Assembly: GCA_041395565.1 (NCBI GenBank)
Contig: JAWLAI010000007.1
Coordinates: forward strand, 270,967-334,966
Direction: 5' to 3'
Source of the DNA: Pseudomonadota bacterium
GTDB lineage: Bacteria; Pseudomonadota; Gammaproteobacteria; UBA9214
Length of the DNA: 64,000 nucleotides
Of this stretch, positions 53,801 to 64,000 are shown one piece after another. How positions within the stretch are numbered: the stretch's first letter is position 1; each line of letters begins with the position of its first letter. Position numbers and translations under genes: made by a program. The notes beneath the pieces were generated by a model that had not been told where the DNA came from, did not search any database, and saw only the letters and a list, made by a program, of their open reading frames with translations.

Positions 53801-54665
53801 CCGCGAACGCGGACTGATGCCCGCCGGCGGCATACGACATGTCCAGGTCATCGACCTGCAGTTCTCCGCTCACCGCCGTGATGCGGGATGCCGCCAGCTG
53901 CGCCCACAGGCGCAGGTCGGCTGTACCCTGCACGCGGTGTGACGGTTCCAGGGTGGGGGCGAGCAGGCTCGACAGGGTGAGTCCCTGGCCCTTGAAATAG
54001 GCACGGCCGCGCCAGTCGGAGGGGCGCGCGATGTCACCGCGCAGGCGGGCCACGATCTCGATGCGGTCGCCCAGCTGCCCCGGCAGCTGGGCATGGCCGC
54101 TCATGTAGTGTTCGTTGCCGTCGTTGGTGAGCGTGAGGTTGACCGCCGAAAAATGCTGCGCACCGGCACCGCGGGGGATATCGGTGACGGTGACTTCGGT
54201 ATCGTGAATGGACAGTCGCGACATCGCGGCCAGCGCACCGAACTGCAGGTCCGTCCCGGCCCTGCCGGCGAACTCCTGGACGATCACGCGACCGTCGGCA
54301 TCGCGTGCCAGGGTCAGCGTGGCGCCGATGATGTCGATGCCCGAAAAGCGCAGCTCGCGCGCACGCAGCAGCTGTATGACATCGATACTGACCTGGATCT
54401 CGCTCACGCCGAGCGAGCGGACCGGCTGCGTGCCGGCAATGACGACGTTGCGCAGCCTGAACACCGGCTGCAGCCCGCGCCAGGTCGCCTCGACATGGCC
54501 GATCGAGACCGGCCGCTGCAACGCCGCGCTCGCGGCCGTCTCGATATCCTGCCGGTAGGCACCGAGCGACGGGGCCCACACGCGCGCGACGGTAAGCACG
54601 ACCGCGATCAGGAACAGACCCGCGGCGAGCGCGCTCCAGGCCAGCTGCAGTACGCGTCTCAGCAT
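50817..54665 (-). CDS. yhdP: YhdP-family (AsmA-like) giant envelope protein
   Basis: 1282 aa; N-terminal TM anchor; conserved position upstream of rng-maf as in E. coli. Confidence 0.85.
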   Translation of the reverse strand: MLRRVLQLAWSALAAGLFLIAVVLTVARVWAPSLGAYRQDIETAASAALQRPVSIGHVEATWRGLQPVFRLRNVVIAGTQPVRSLGVSEIQVSIDVIQLLRARELRFSGIDIIGATLTLARDADGRVIVQEFAGRAGTDLQFGALAAMSRLSIHDTEVTVTDIPRGAGAQHFSAVNLTLTNDGNEHYMSGHAQLPGQLGDRIEIVARLRGDIARPSDWRGRAYFKGQGLTLSSLLAPTLEPSHRVQGTADLRLWAQLAASRITAVSGELQVDDLDMSYAAGGHQSAFAADKLQATFGWRQFDQGWRAVLQQLQVTRPGRQWNTGHLLVAATPQADGLQLQLATARLDLDEITGLVPLLPALDTRLRDLLVSVQPTGLIEDLRCTFTRTATGAVLDRIAARFTGLGMLQYGALPRLAGLDGSIDGVAQGGTVLLGSDRLVVEDGRLFRAPLQFDKAGGALSWQLRETTLALSSPALTLVNPQLALTANLQLEIPRAGGAATSDTRIQVHEFAVAHTGAYLPAQVMPATSVAWLDRALAGGMVHDGSVLIQGPLDRLPFDHGEGRLEVRLPVSDATLAFDEHWSPITQLDALVEFSGRQMDIRSSRGFIRTAALDQVHAQIRDLARPHLTIAGKVQGELPVMLAELGSSPLGSTYGGLVDHVTTTGHNDLALDIVIPLAHDGSEITVAGRIGLHDNTLQVAGTDIVLKRIRGRLAFDAAGIRSDGLQAELFGRQAAARVWTDTGKPVTHVTLDGKLALHEQVLAASAPLRNALHGDPDWHLELTVAGKPARDKSVEIGLGISSTLAGMAIDLPAPFGKPAAMARPLTIDIAALTRSERYLQARYGDALRAVLVLGGDGRGWALRRGNIVIGDAAPVAPQIPQLLLSGRLEHFRLADWQPHLAGAATGTAGPPLRISLQVAALDIYGYRLHDTGVELVESGTGWTLKAIGPSVAGEGQLVQRAGVIDEVSLDLQQLVLEPLAAETTAPAQPAQPDSFPLLQINAAKLRYQDIDFGRLQLQTSRPAGGGYRIERLSLASKLLSVQLSGDWRRQGVDQVSHADVEVTGGNIGALLDALGYQKLMKAGRPSGQLKASWRGAPWEARTEIIDGRFHALIKDGQLLDVEPGATGRALGLLSLTKLPKRLTLDFNDLFGAGFSFDRIEGDFVLDNGDAYTEKMVIDGPAAKIEISGRVGLVAQDYDELVTVTPYLSSSLPLAGAIAGGPAVGAAVIVAEKLLESKLRLNELARKQYEVTGPWSNPVVQPLNVPEPAPVRHDPALDADGFFR

Positions 54666-54704
54666 GCGCTGACCGTCACCGGCAGGCGCCCGCCGTCGAG
54701 TGCG

Positions 54705-56177
54705 CTACATGGGGACGACGTCATACTGCTCCTGGGTATACAGGGACTCCACCTGGAAACGGATGGGCTTGCCGATGAACACCTCCAGCTCGGCCAGGCT
54801 CGAGGACTCCTCGTCCAGCAGCAGGTCGACCACCTCCTGCGAGGCCAGCACCAGCAGCTGTTTGACGTCGAACTGGCGCGAGGCGCGCATGATCTCGCGG
54901 AAGATCTCGTAGCAGGTGGTCTCGGCGGTCTTGAGCGAGGCACGGCCGTTGCAGGTCGGACAGACCTCGCACAGGACATGCTCCAGGCTCTCGCTAGTGC
55001 GCTTGCGCGTCATCTCAACCAGACCCAGCGTCGACACCTCGCTGATATGAGTCTTGGCGTGATCCTTTTCCAGGCTCTTCTCGAGCATGCGCAGTACCTG
55101 GCGCTTGTGCTCCTCGTCCTGCATATCGATGAAATCGATGATGATGATGCCGCCCAGGTTGCGCAGGCGCAGCTGGCGCGCGATGGTCTGCGCCGCTTCC
55201 AGGTTGGTCTTGAAGATGGTCTCTTCCAGGTTGCGGTGACCGACATAGCCGCCGGTATTGACGTCGACCGTGGTCATGGCCTCGGTCTGGTCGATGATGA
55301 GATAGCCCCCGGACTTGAGCTGCACCTTGCGTTCCAGCGCCCGCTTGATCTCGTCCTCGATAGCATAGATGTCGAAGATGGGCCGCTCGCCCGGATAGTA
55401 CTCGAGCTGGGTCTGCATACCCGGCATGAAGCGTTCGCAGAATTCGAGCGCGCGCTGGTGACTCTCGCGCGAGTCGATGCGTACGCGTTCGATGTTGTCA
55501 CCCAGCATGTCGCGCATCACGCGTATGGTCAGCGGCAGGTCGCCGTAGACAAGGTCGCCGGCCCGGCTTGCGGCCAGCGTCTCGGAGGTCGACAGCCACA
55601 GCTTGCGCAGGAACAGCATGTCCGCGCGCAGGGCCTCGGCGCTGGCGCCCTCGGCGGCGGTGCGCGCGATATAGCCGCCCCCGTTCTGCTCGGACATGAA
55701 CAGCTGGATGATGTCACGCAGGCGTACGCGTTCGGTTTCGGTCTCGATCTTCTGCGAGATACCGACATTGTCCACGTCCGGGATGAACACCAGGTAGCGG
55801 GAAGGTATGGTGATCTGCGTGGTCAGCCGCGCACCCTTGGTGCCGAGCGGATCCTTGATGACCTGCACGCAGATCTCCTGCCCTTCGTGCAGCAGGTCAC
55901 CAATGTCGCGGCTGGCGCTGCCGCCTACGTCGGCCGCGGCGGCATCCTCGCGCCGCCCGATATCGGACGCGTGCAGGAAGGCCGCGCGCTCCAGGCCGAT
56001 GTCCACGAATGCGGCCTGCATGCCGGGCAGCACGCGGCACACCTTGCCCTTGTAGATGTTACCCACCAGGCCGCGCCGGCGCGCACGCTCGATGAAGATC
56101 TCCTGCAGCACGCCGTTTTCCACGAGCGCCACCCGGGTCTCGCGCGGCGTGACATTGATCAGAATTTCCTCGCTCAT
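54705..56177 (-). CDS. rng: ribonuclease G
   Basis: 490 aa from MSEEILINVTP; S1 domain + RNase E/G catalytic domain. Confidence 0.9.
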   Translation of the reverse strand: MSEEILINVTPRETRVALVENGVLQEIFIERARRRGLVGNIYKGKVCRVLPGMQAAFVDIGLERAAFLHASDIGRREDAAAADVGGSASRDIGDLLHEGQEICVQVIKDPLGTKGARLTTQITIPSRYLVFIPDVDNVGISQKIETETERVRLRDIIQLFMSEQNGGGYIARTAAEGASAEALRADMLFLRKLWLSTSETLAASRAGDLVYGDLPLTIRVMRDMLGDNIERVRIDSRESHQRALEFCERFMPGMQTQLEYYPGERPIFDIYAIEDEIKRALERKVQLKSGGYLIIDQTEAMTTVDVNTGGYVGHRNLEETIFKTNLEAAQTIARQLRLRNLGGIIIIDFIDMQDEEHKRQVLRMLEKSLEKDHAKTHISEVSTLGLVEMTRKRTSESLEHVLCEVCPTCNGRASLKTAETTCYEIFREIMRASRQFDVKQLLVLASQEVVDLLLDEESSSLAELEVFIGKPIRFQVESLYTQEQYDVVPM

Positions 56178-56277
56178 GCTGCCTGCCCAGACTTGTTGTT
56201 GGGTACGCCACGCGGTGTGCGCAGCCACGGGAGCTGCGCGCCGCCAGCGCCGGTCTGCGACTCCCGCGGGAGTCGCC

Positions 56278-56865
56278 CTAGAGTACCGTTATCCCGTATT
56301 CTTTCAACAACTCCGCGGTTTCATACAGCGGCAGTCCCATGACCCCGGAATAGCTGCCCTCGATGCGCGTGATGAACGCCGCGGCCAGACCCTGGACCGC
56401 GTAGGCGCCCGCCTTGTCGGCGGGCTCGCCCGTAGCCCAGTATGCCGCGCATTCCCGCGCCGTGAGCGTGCGGAAAGTCACGCGGCTGCTGCTGACGCGC
56501 ACCGCCTCGCCGGCAGCCCCGGCCATGGCCACCGCACTCAGGACCTCGTGCGTGGTGCCGGACAGGCACGCCAGCATGGCCAGTCCGGCGTCGCGGCCGG
56601 CCGGTTTACCCAGCACCTCGCCCGCGCAGACCACGCTGGTATCGGCCGCGAGCACCGGCTGTGTATGCGCGCGACCGAGCAGGCCGCGTCCGGCGCGCGC
56701 CTTGTCCAGCGCGACGCGCGCCACATAGGCTTGCGGCGCCTCCCCGGACCGCCGCGTCTCGTCGACCGCGACCTTGAGCACCGCATGAGAGACCCCGATC
56801 TGGTGCAGCAGTTCACGCCGCCGCGGCGACTGCGAAGCCAGGTAGATGCGGGGATTGCCGCTCAT
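56278..56865 (-). CDS. maf: Maf-like nucleoside-triphosphate pyrophosphatase
   Basis: 195 aa from MSGNPRIYLASQSPRRRELL. Confidence 0.85.
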   Translation of the reverse strand: MSGNPRIYLASQSPRRRELLHQIGVSHAVLKVAVDETRRSGEAPQAYVARVALDKARAGRGLLGRAHTQPVLAADTSVVCAGEVLGKPAGRDAGLAMLACLSGTTHEVLSAVAMAGAAGEAVRVSSSRVTFRTLTARECAAYWATGEPADKAGAYAVQGLAAAFITRIEGSYSGVMGLPLYETAELLKEYGITVL

Positions 56866-57332
56866 GCTCGGTGATAGGGATGGCCGCTGACCAGCGTCCA
56901 GGCGCGGTAGAGCTGCTCGGCCAGCACCACGCGCACCAGGGCATGGGGCAAGGTGAGCGGCGACAGCGACCAGCGGGTATCGGCGCGCGCCAGACACGCC
57001 GGCGCCAGGCCATCGGGCCCACCCACCAGCAGCGCGACGTCGCGTCCCGCGCCGAGCCAGCCCTGCAGTCGGCCGGCTAGCACCTCGGTGTTCCAGGCCT
57101 GGCCGGTCACGTCGAGCGCGATCACGTGGCAGTCCCGGGGCACTGCCGCCAGCATGTGCCGGCCCTCCGCCGTGCGCGCCCGTTCCGCGTTACCCGATCC
57201 GCCGCGCCGGCCGGTCGCGATCTCGACCAGCTGCAGACTGCATTCACGCGGCAACCGCCTGGCGTAGTCCTGGTAGCCGGTGGCGATCCAGGCCGGCATG
57301 CGCGTGCCGACTGCGATCAGGTGGATGCGCAT
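56862..57332 (-). CDS. rlmH: 23S rRNA (pseudouridine1915-N3)-methyltransferase RlmH
   Basis: 156 aa SPOUT; MRIHLIAVGTRMPAW... Confidence 0.9.
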   Translation of the reverse strand: MRIHLIAVGTRMPAWIATGYQDYARRLPRECSLQLVEIATGRRGGSGNAERARTAEGRHMLAAVPRDCHVIALDVTGQAWNTEVLAGRLQGWLGAGRDVALLVGGPDGLAPACLARADTRWSLSPLTLPHALVRVVLAEQLYRAWTLVSGHPYHRA

Positions 57333-57359
57333 GTGCGCCAGCGACCGGACCGGTAACGC

Positions 57360-57755
57360 TCAGCGTTCGCGCTCCGCGGCGCTGCGCTGCTCGCCGCCGA
57401 CGGACCACAGCTTCTCCAGCGCATAGAAGGCACGCACCTCCGGCATCATCACGTGCACCACCACATCGCCGAGATCGATCAGGATCCACTCCGCCCCCTT
57501 CTCGCCTTCCACGCCCAGCGCTCGTACGCCGATCTGCTTCGCCTCCAGCGCGACATGATCGGCCACGGCCTTGACATGTCGGGTGGAGGTACCGCTGGCG
57601 ATGACCATGATGTCGGTGATCGAGGTCATTTCGCGCACGTCGATGACGCGGATGTCGACCGCCTTCATGTCCTCCAGCGCGCGCAAGGTGACCGCGAGCA
57701 GGTGCTGCGTACGTTGTTCCGGATCCTGTTGCCGTGTCTCTGTCTCTCTGTCCAT
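57360..57755 (-). CDS. rsfS: ribosomal silencing factor RsfS (Iojap/YbeB)
   Basis: Iojap-domain core KAVDIRVIDVREMTSITDIMVIASGTSTRHV. Confidence 0.85.
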   Translation of the reverse strand: MDRETETRQQDPEQRTQHLLAVTLRALEDMKAVDIRVIDVREMTSITDIMVIASGTSTRHVKAVADHVALEAKQIGVRALGVEGEKGAEWILIDLGDVVVHVMMPEVRAFYALEKLWSVGGEQRSAAERER

Positions 57756-58391
57756 TCAAACGCCTGCCGTGTACAAGTCCTGTTTCCGGATGAGCCGCAG
57801 CACGCCGTCCGGCATGAGGAAGTCCGCCGCCGCACGGCGCGCCAGCAGCGCCCGGATGCGGGTACCCGATATCTCCAGCTGGGTCACTTCCTGGAAATAC
57901 AACAACCCCGCTGCCTGACTGCGCAGCGCATCCGCATCCGGCACCCGGTGCAGCCCGATGAAGTCGCCGAGTTCGCCGTGCTCCGGAAACACCGCGCCCG
58001 GTCGCGTCATCACCACGATGTGGCAGTACTCGATCAGCTCATGCCAGCGGTGCCAGGTGGTCAGACCGCGAAAGGCATCCATACCGAGGAGCAGGCACAG
58101 GTCCCGGCCCCTGCTGTCAGCACGCAGCGACTGCAACGTGTCCAGGGTATAGGACGGACCCTCCCGCTCCAGTTCGCGCCGGTCGATCACGAAGCCGTCA
58201 TGCCCGGCGATCGCCGCCTCCAGCATGGCCAGCCGCAGCTGTGCCGAGGCGATCGGCTGCGGCCGGTGCGGTGGCTGATGGCAGGGTATCAGGCGGATCT
58301 CGTCCAGTCCGAGCGCCTCGCGCACATCCAGCGCCGGGCGCAGGTGGCCGTAATGCACCGGATCGAAGGTGCCGCCGAGGATGCCGATCAT
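57756..58391 (-). CDS. nadD: nicotinate-nucleotide adenylyltransferase
   Basis: GGTFDPVHYGH nucleotidyltransferase motif. Confidence 0.9.
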   Translation of the reverse strand: MIGILGGTFDPVHYGHLRPALDVREALGLDEIRLIPCHQPPHRPQPIASAQLRLAMLEAAIAGHDGFVIDRRELEREGPSYTLDTLQSLRADSRGRDLCLLLGMDAFRGLTTWHRWHELIEYCHIVVMTRPGAVFPEHGELGDFIGLHRVPDADALRSQAAGLLYFQEVTQLEISGTRIRALLARRAAADFLMPDGVLRLIRKQDLYTAGV

Positions 58392-58458
58392 GCCCGTGAC
58401 GCCCCGCTGCTGCGCGCGCCCGGCGTCTGCGGCTGGTGTACGACTGCGCGCGGCTGCA

Positions 58459-59742
58459 TCAGGTGCGGATGTGCCCGTCGCCGATGACGATGAATTTCAG
58501 CGTGGTCAGGCCTTCCAGCCCGACCGGGCCGCGCGCGTGCAGCTTGTCGGTGCTGATGCCGATCTCGGCGCCGAGCCCGTACTCGAAGCCGTCCGCAAAG
58601 CGGCTCGAGGCGTTGACCATGACCGAGCTGGAATCCACCTCGCGCAGGAAACGCTGCGCGCGCCCCAGCGACTCGGTGATGATCGCGTCGGTGTGGTTGG
58701 AGCCGTGGGCTGCGATATGCTCGATGGCGGCGTCGAGGCCGTCGACCACGCGTATCGCCAGGATCGGCGCCAGGTATTCCTCGTCCCAGTCGGCTGCCGT
58801 GGCGGCGTTGATATCGGGCAGCACGGCCCGGGTGCGATCGCAGCCGCGCAGCTCGACGCCGGCCTGGCGGTACTGTTCGGCCAGCGGGGGCAGTACACGC
58901 GCCGCGATCTCACGGTCCACCAGCAGGGTCTCCATGGTGTTGCAGGTACCGTAGCGCTGGGTCTTGGCGTTGTAGGCGACCCTGATCGCCTTGTCCAGAT
59001 CGGCAGCGGCATCGATGTAGGTGTGGCATACCCCGTGCAGATGCTTGATCACCGGCACGCGCGCCTCGGCGCTGATACGCTCGATCAGCCCCTTGCCACC
59101 GCGCGGCACGATCACGTCCACGTATTCCTGCATCCGGATCAGCTCGCCGACCGCGGCCCGGTCGGTGGTCTCCACCACCTGCACCGCTTCGGCCGGCAGG
59201 CCGGCCTCGGCCAGCCCTGCCTGGATGCAGCGCGCGATCGCCTGGTTGGAATGCATGGCCTCCGACCCGCCACGCAGGATGGCGGCATTGCCGGCCTTGA
59301 GACACAGCCCGGCGGCATCCGCCGTGACGTTGGGACGCGATTCGTAAATGATGCCGATCACCCCGAGCGGCACGCGCATGCGCCCGACTTGGATACCGGA
59401 CGGACGGTACTTCATGTCGCTGATGCTGCCGACCGGGTCTGGCAGCAGCGCGATCTCGCGCAATCCCTCCGCCATGGCGGCGATGCGCGCGGCGTTGAGT
59501 GCCAGGCGGTCGAGCAGCGCGGCGTCCAGCCCGTGTGCACGCCCGGCCTCGAGATCCTGCGCATTTGCGGCCTGCAGGGCGGCGCTCGCCGCCTCGATGG
59601 CCCCGGCAATGGCAAGCAGCGCGGCATCCTTGTGCCCGGTTTCCGCCCGACTCATGGCGCGCGCCGCGGCACGTGCGCGCTGCCCGACCGTGCGCATGTA
59701 ACCGCCGACGTCGAAGCCCATGGTTTCTGCCTTAGCACTCAT
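58459..59742 (-). CDS. proA: gamma-glutamyl phosphate reductase
   Basis: Aldehyde-dehydrogenase fold with catalytic Cys GTCNTMET; the true start is possibly the internal ATG 21 nt downstream ([13 protein letters not shown]). Confidence 0.9.
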   Translation of the reverse strand: MSAKAETMGFDVGGYMRTVGQRARAAARAMSRAETGHKDAALLAIAGAIEAASAALQAANAQDLEAGRAHGLDAALLDRLALNAARIAAMAEGLREIALLPDPVGSISDMKYRPSGIQVGRMRVPLGVIGIIYESRPNVTADAAGLCLKAGNAAILRGGSEAMHSNQAIARCIQAGLAEAGLPAEAVQVVETTDRAAVGELIRMQEYVDVIVPRGGKGLIERISAEARVPVIKHLHGVCHTYIDAAADLDKAIRVAYNAKTQRYGTCNTMETLLVDREIAARVLPPLAEQYRQAGVELRGCDRTRAVLPDINAATAADWDEEYLAPILAIRVVDGLDAAIEHIAAHGSNHTDAIITESLGRAQRFLREVDSSSVMVNASSRFADGFEYGLGAEIGISTDKLHARGPVGLEGLTTLKFIVIGDGHIRT

Positions 59743-59754
59743 GCTTGGATGCCT

Positions 59755-60798
59755 TCACCCTGCCTGTTCCAGTGGGGACGGACCGGCCAGCGCCGGCTGA
59801 CCCGCCAGTTGCAGGATCAATTGTAACAGTTCGTCCCAGGGGTTGCCCGGGGCCCGGCCCTTGCAGACGCGGTCGACGGCGGCGCACTGCCGTAGCAGGC
59901 GCGCGCAGGCCGCTGCCGGCAGCCGCTGCAGGGCGCGCCCGACCAGGTCGCGCCGGTTGTTCCAGACCCGGTAGCGGGCCAATACCCCTCCCGGCGCCTG
60001 GCCCTGCCGCAGTTCCGCCGCCATGGCCGCGAGCTGGCGCAGTTCCCGGGCCAGCGCCCACAGCACCACCGGCGGCGCGACGCCCTCGGCCTGCAGGCCG
60101 TTGAGCACGCGCACGCCGCGGGCCGCGTTGCCGGCCAGCGCGGCATCGACCAGGGTATAGACATCGAAACGGGCGTGATCCGCCACCAGACCCGTAACGG
60201 CCGCGGCATCGACGGGGCCGGCACCGCGCAGCAGGTAGAGCTTGTCGATCTCCTGTACGCAGGCCAGCAGGTTGCCCTCCACCCGTTCGGCCAGCAGCTG
60301 CACGGCCTCGTCAGCGGGCTGCAGGCCGCGCCGGCGCATGCGTGCGCGCACCCAGGCGTTGAGCTCCTGCGGCGCGAGTGGCCACACGAACACCAGCGCG
60401 CCGGCCTGCTCCAGGGCCTGCACCCACTTGCTCTTGCGTGCGGCCGGATCGAGCTTGCCCGCGGTCACCAGCAGCAGGGTATCCTCCGGCGGCCGCGCCG
60501 CGAATTCCCGCAATGCGGCCGCCCCGGCGTCCCCGGGCTTGCCGGACGGCAGGCGCAGGTCGATGATGCGGCGTTCCGCGAACAGCGACAGGTTGCCGGC
60601 CTCGGTCAGCAGGCTGTTCCAGTCGAAGCCGGCCTGCACGGTCAGCACCTCGCGTTCCGTGTAGCCCCGCGCGCGCGCCGCCGCGCGCACCGCGTCGGCC
60701 GCCTCCAGCACCCGCAGCGGTTCGTCGCCGCTGATGCAATACACGGGCAGCAGGGTCTGCTGCAGGTGGGTCTCGAGCTGTTCGGGCTTGAGCTGCAC
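59755..60798 (-). CDS. holA: DNA polymerase III delta subunit
   Basis: GTG start at 60798 inferred (VQLKPEQLETHL aligns to E. coli MIRLYPEQLRAQL); collinear with HolA; 10 nt after the lptE stop. Confidence 0.8.
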   Translation of the reverse strand: MQLKPEQLETHLQQTLLPVYCISGDEPLRVLEAADAVRAAARARGYTEREVLTVQAGFDWNSLLTEAGNLSLFAERRIIDLRLPSGKPGDAGAAALREFAARPPEDTLLLVTAGKLDPAARKSKWVQALEQAGALVFVWPLAPQELNAWVRARMRRRGLQPADEAVQLLAERVEGNLLACVQEIDKLYLLRGAGPVDAAAVTGLVADHARFDVYTLVDAALAGNAARGVRVLNGLQAEGVAPPVVLWALARELRQLAAMAAELRQGQAPGGVLARYRVWNNRRDLVGRALQRLPAAACARLLRQCAAVDRVCKGRAPGNPWDELLQLILQLAGQPALAGPSPLEQAG

Positions 60799-60808
60799 CG
60801 CGCCGATC

Positions 60809-61368
60809 TCAGCGTGCCGCGGCGGCGATGCGCAGCATGGCCATACCGACCAGGTTTTCCTGCAGGGTCGCCCGCACCACCTGTTCCTCGCGCTGCTTGC
60901 CGAGGACATCGGTGCTGCTGAAAATGTAATCGCGGCTCAGCGCCACGCTCTGCTCGGGCACCACCGTGGTTCCGTCCGCCGCCGTCACCGCGAAGCGGAT
61001 GGTCTGGCGCAGCTCGTATTCCAGCACGTTGCCGTGTATATCGACCGACAGCACGTCCTTGTCGGTGCGGTCCTCGATGATCTGCAGCAGCGCCGTGGCC
61101 AGGTGCGCGCGGTCGGTCACCTTGACGCCGCGCAGGCGCAGGGCCGCGCTGAAATCGTCGGCCAGCGTCCCGAACGGCCGGATGCCCTGGATATGGGTCA
61201 CCGCCATGGCCGGCGGCAGGTCGGCGCTGCCGCGCAGGTGAAAGCCGCAGCCGGCCAGCAGCACGGCCACGAGCAGCAGCAGGATAAACGGGGACAGACG
61301 ACGGTTTCCGCCCGCTGGTATGGCGGAAGCGATGCAGCCTGCCCGGGAAAGGTGGTCTGTCCCCATCA

Positions 61369-61369
<1 letters not shown>
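60809..61369 (-). CDS. lptE: LPS-assembly lipoprotein LptE
   Basis: Lipobox LLAGC; conserved leuS-lptE-holA order; the ATG overlaps the leuS stop (ATGA) but the N-terminus looks over-long, so the start is uncertain. Confidence 0.75.
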
Positions 61370-63999
<2,630 letters not shown>

Positions 64000-64000
64000 C

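Overview
This is a high-GC (about 65-68%) proteobacterial chromosomal segment, and it is densely packed with housekeeping genes whose order strongly resembles gammaproteobacterial (E. coli-like) synteny. The genes in map order are:
- the right-hand edge of an integrated element (alpA plus a P4-type tyrosine integrase) sitting at the 3' end of guaA;
- guaA-guaB, divergent from xseA;
- an M23 peptidase and a YceI-like protein;
- a macro-domain gene followed by a complete AmmeMemoRadiSam operon (Memo, AMMECR1, radical SAM);
- divergently from that operon, an unusual gene fusing an N-terminal HTH, a 2Fe-2S ferredoxin and an FNR-like reductase;
- petABC-sspA-sspB;
- a Nif3-family gene divergent from degS/algW;
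- hisC, then a structured non-coding insertion of about 490 bp, then hisD-hisG-murA-ibaG-mlaBCDEF (all minus strand);
- yrbG-kdsD-kdsC-lptC-lptA-lptB, a 364-bp spacer, then rpoN-hpf-ptsN-hprK-rapZ-EIIA(Man)-HPr-ptsI-mgtE;
- a small Cys-containing secreted protein in a lower-GC patch;
- pmbA divergent from yjgA;
- an accessory-looking block (nitronate monooxygenase, DUF4442, DUF2784, DoxX, PAP2, a 35-aa peptide ORF, and HxlR divergent from cytochrome P460);
- tldD, a C-N hydrolase, yhdP-rng-maf-rlmH-rsfS-nadD, proA, and holA-lptE-leuS.

I found no rRNA, tRNA or CRISPR. REP-like hairpin repeats of consensus ATTCCSGC-CTGC-GCSGGAAT-GACG occur at least twice. CDS coordinates come from the supplied ORF track plus codon arithmetic. 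Coordinates of short motifs were read by eye from the sequence and may be off by 1-2 nt. Many long ORFs in the track are GC-driven antisense artefacts and were not called.
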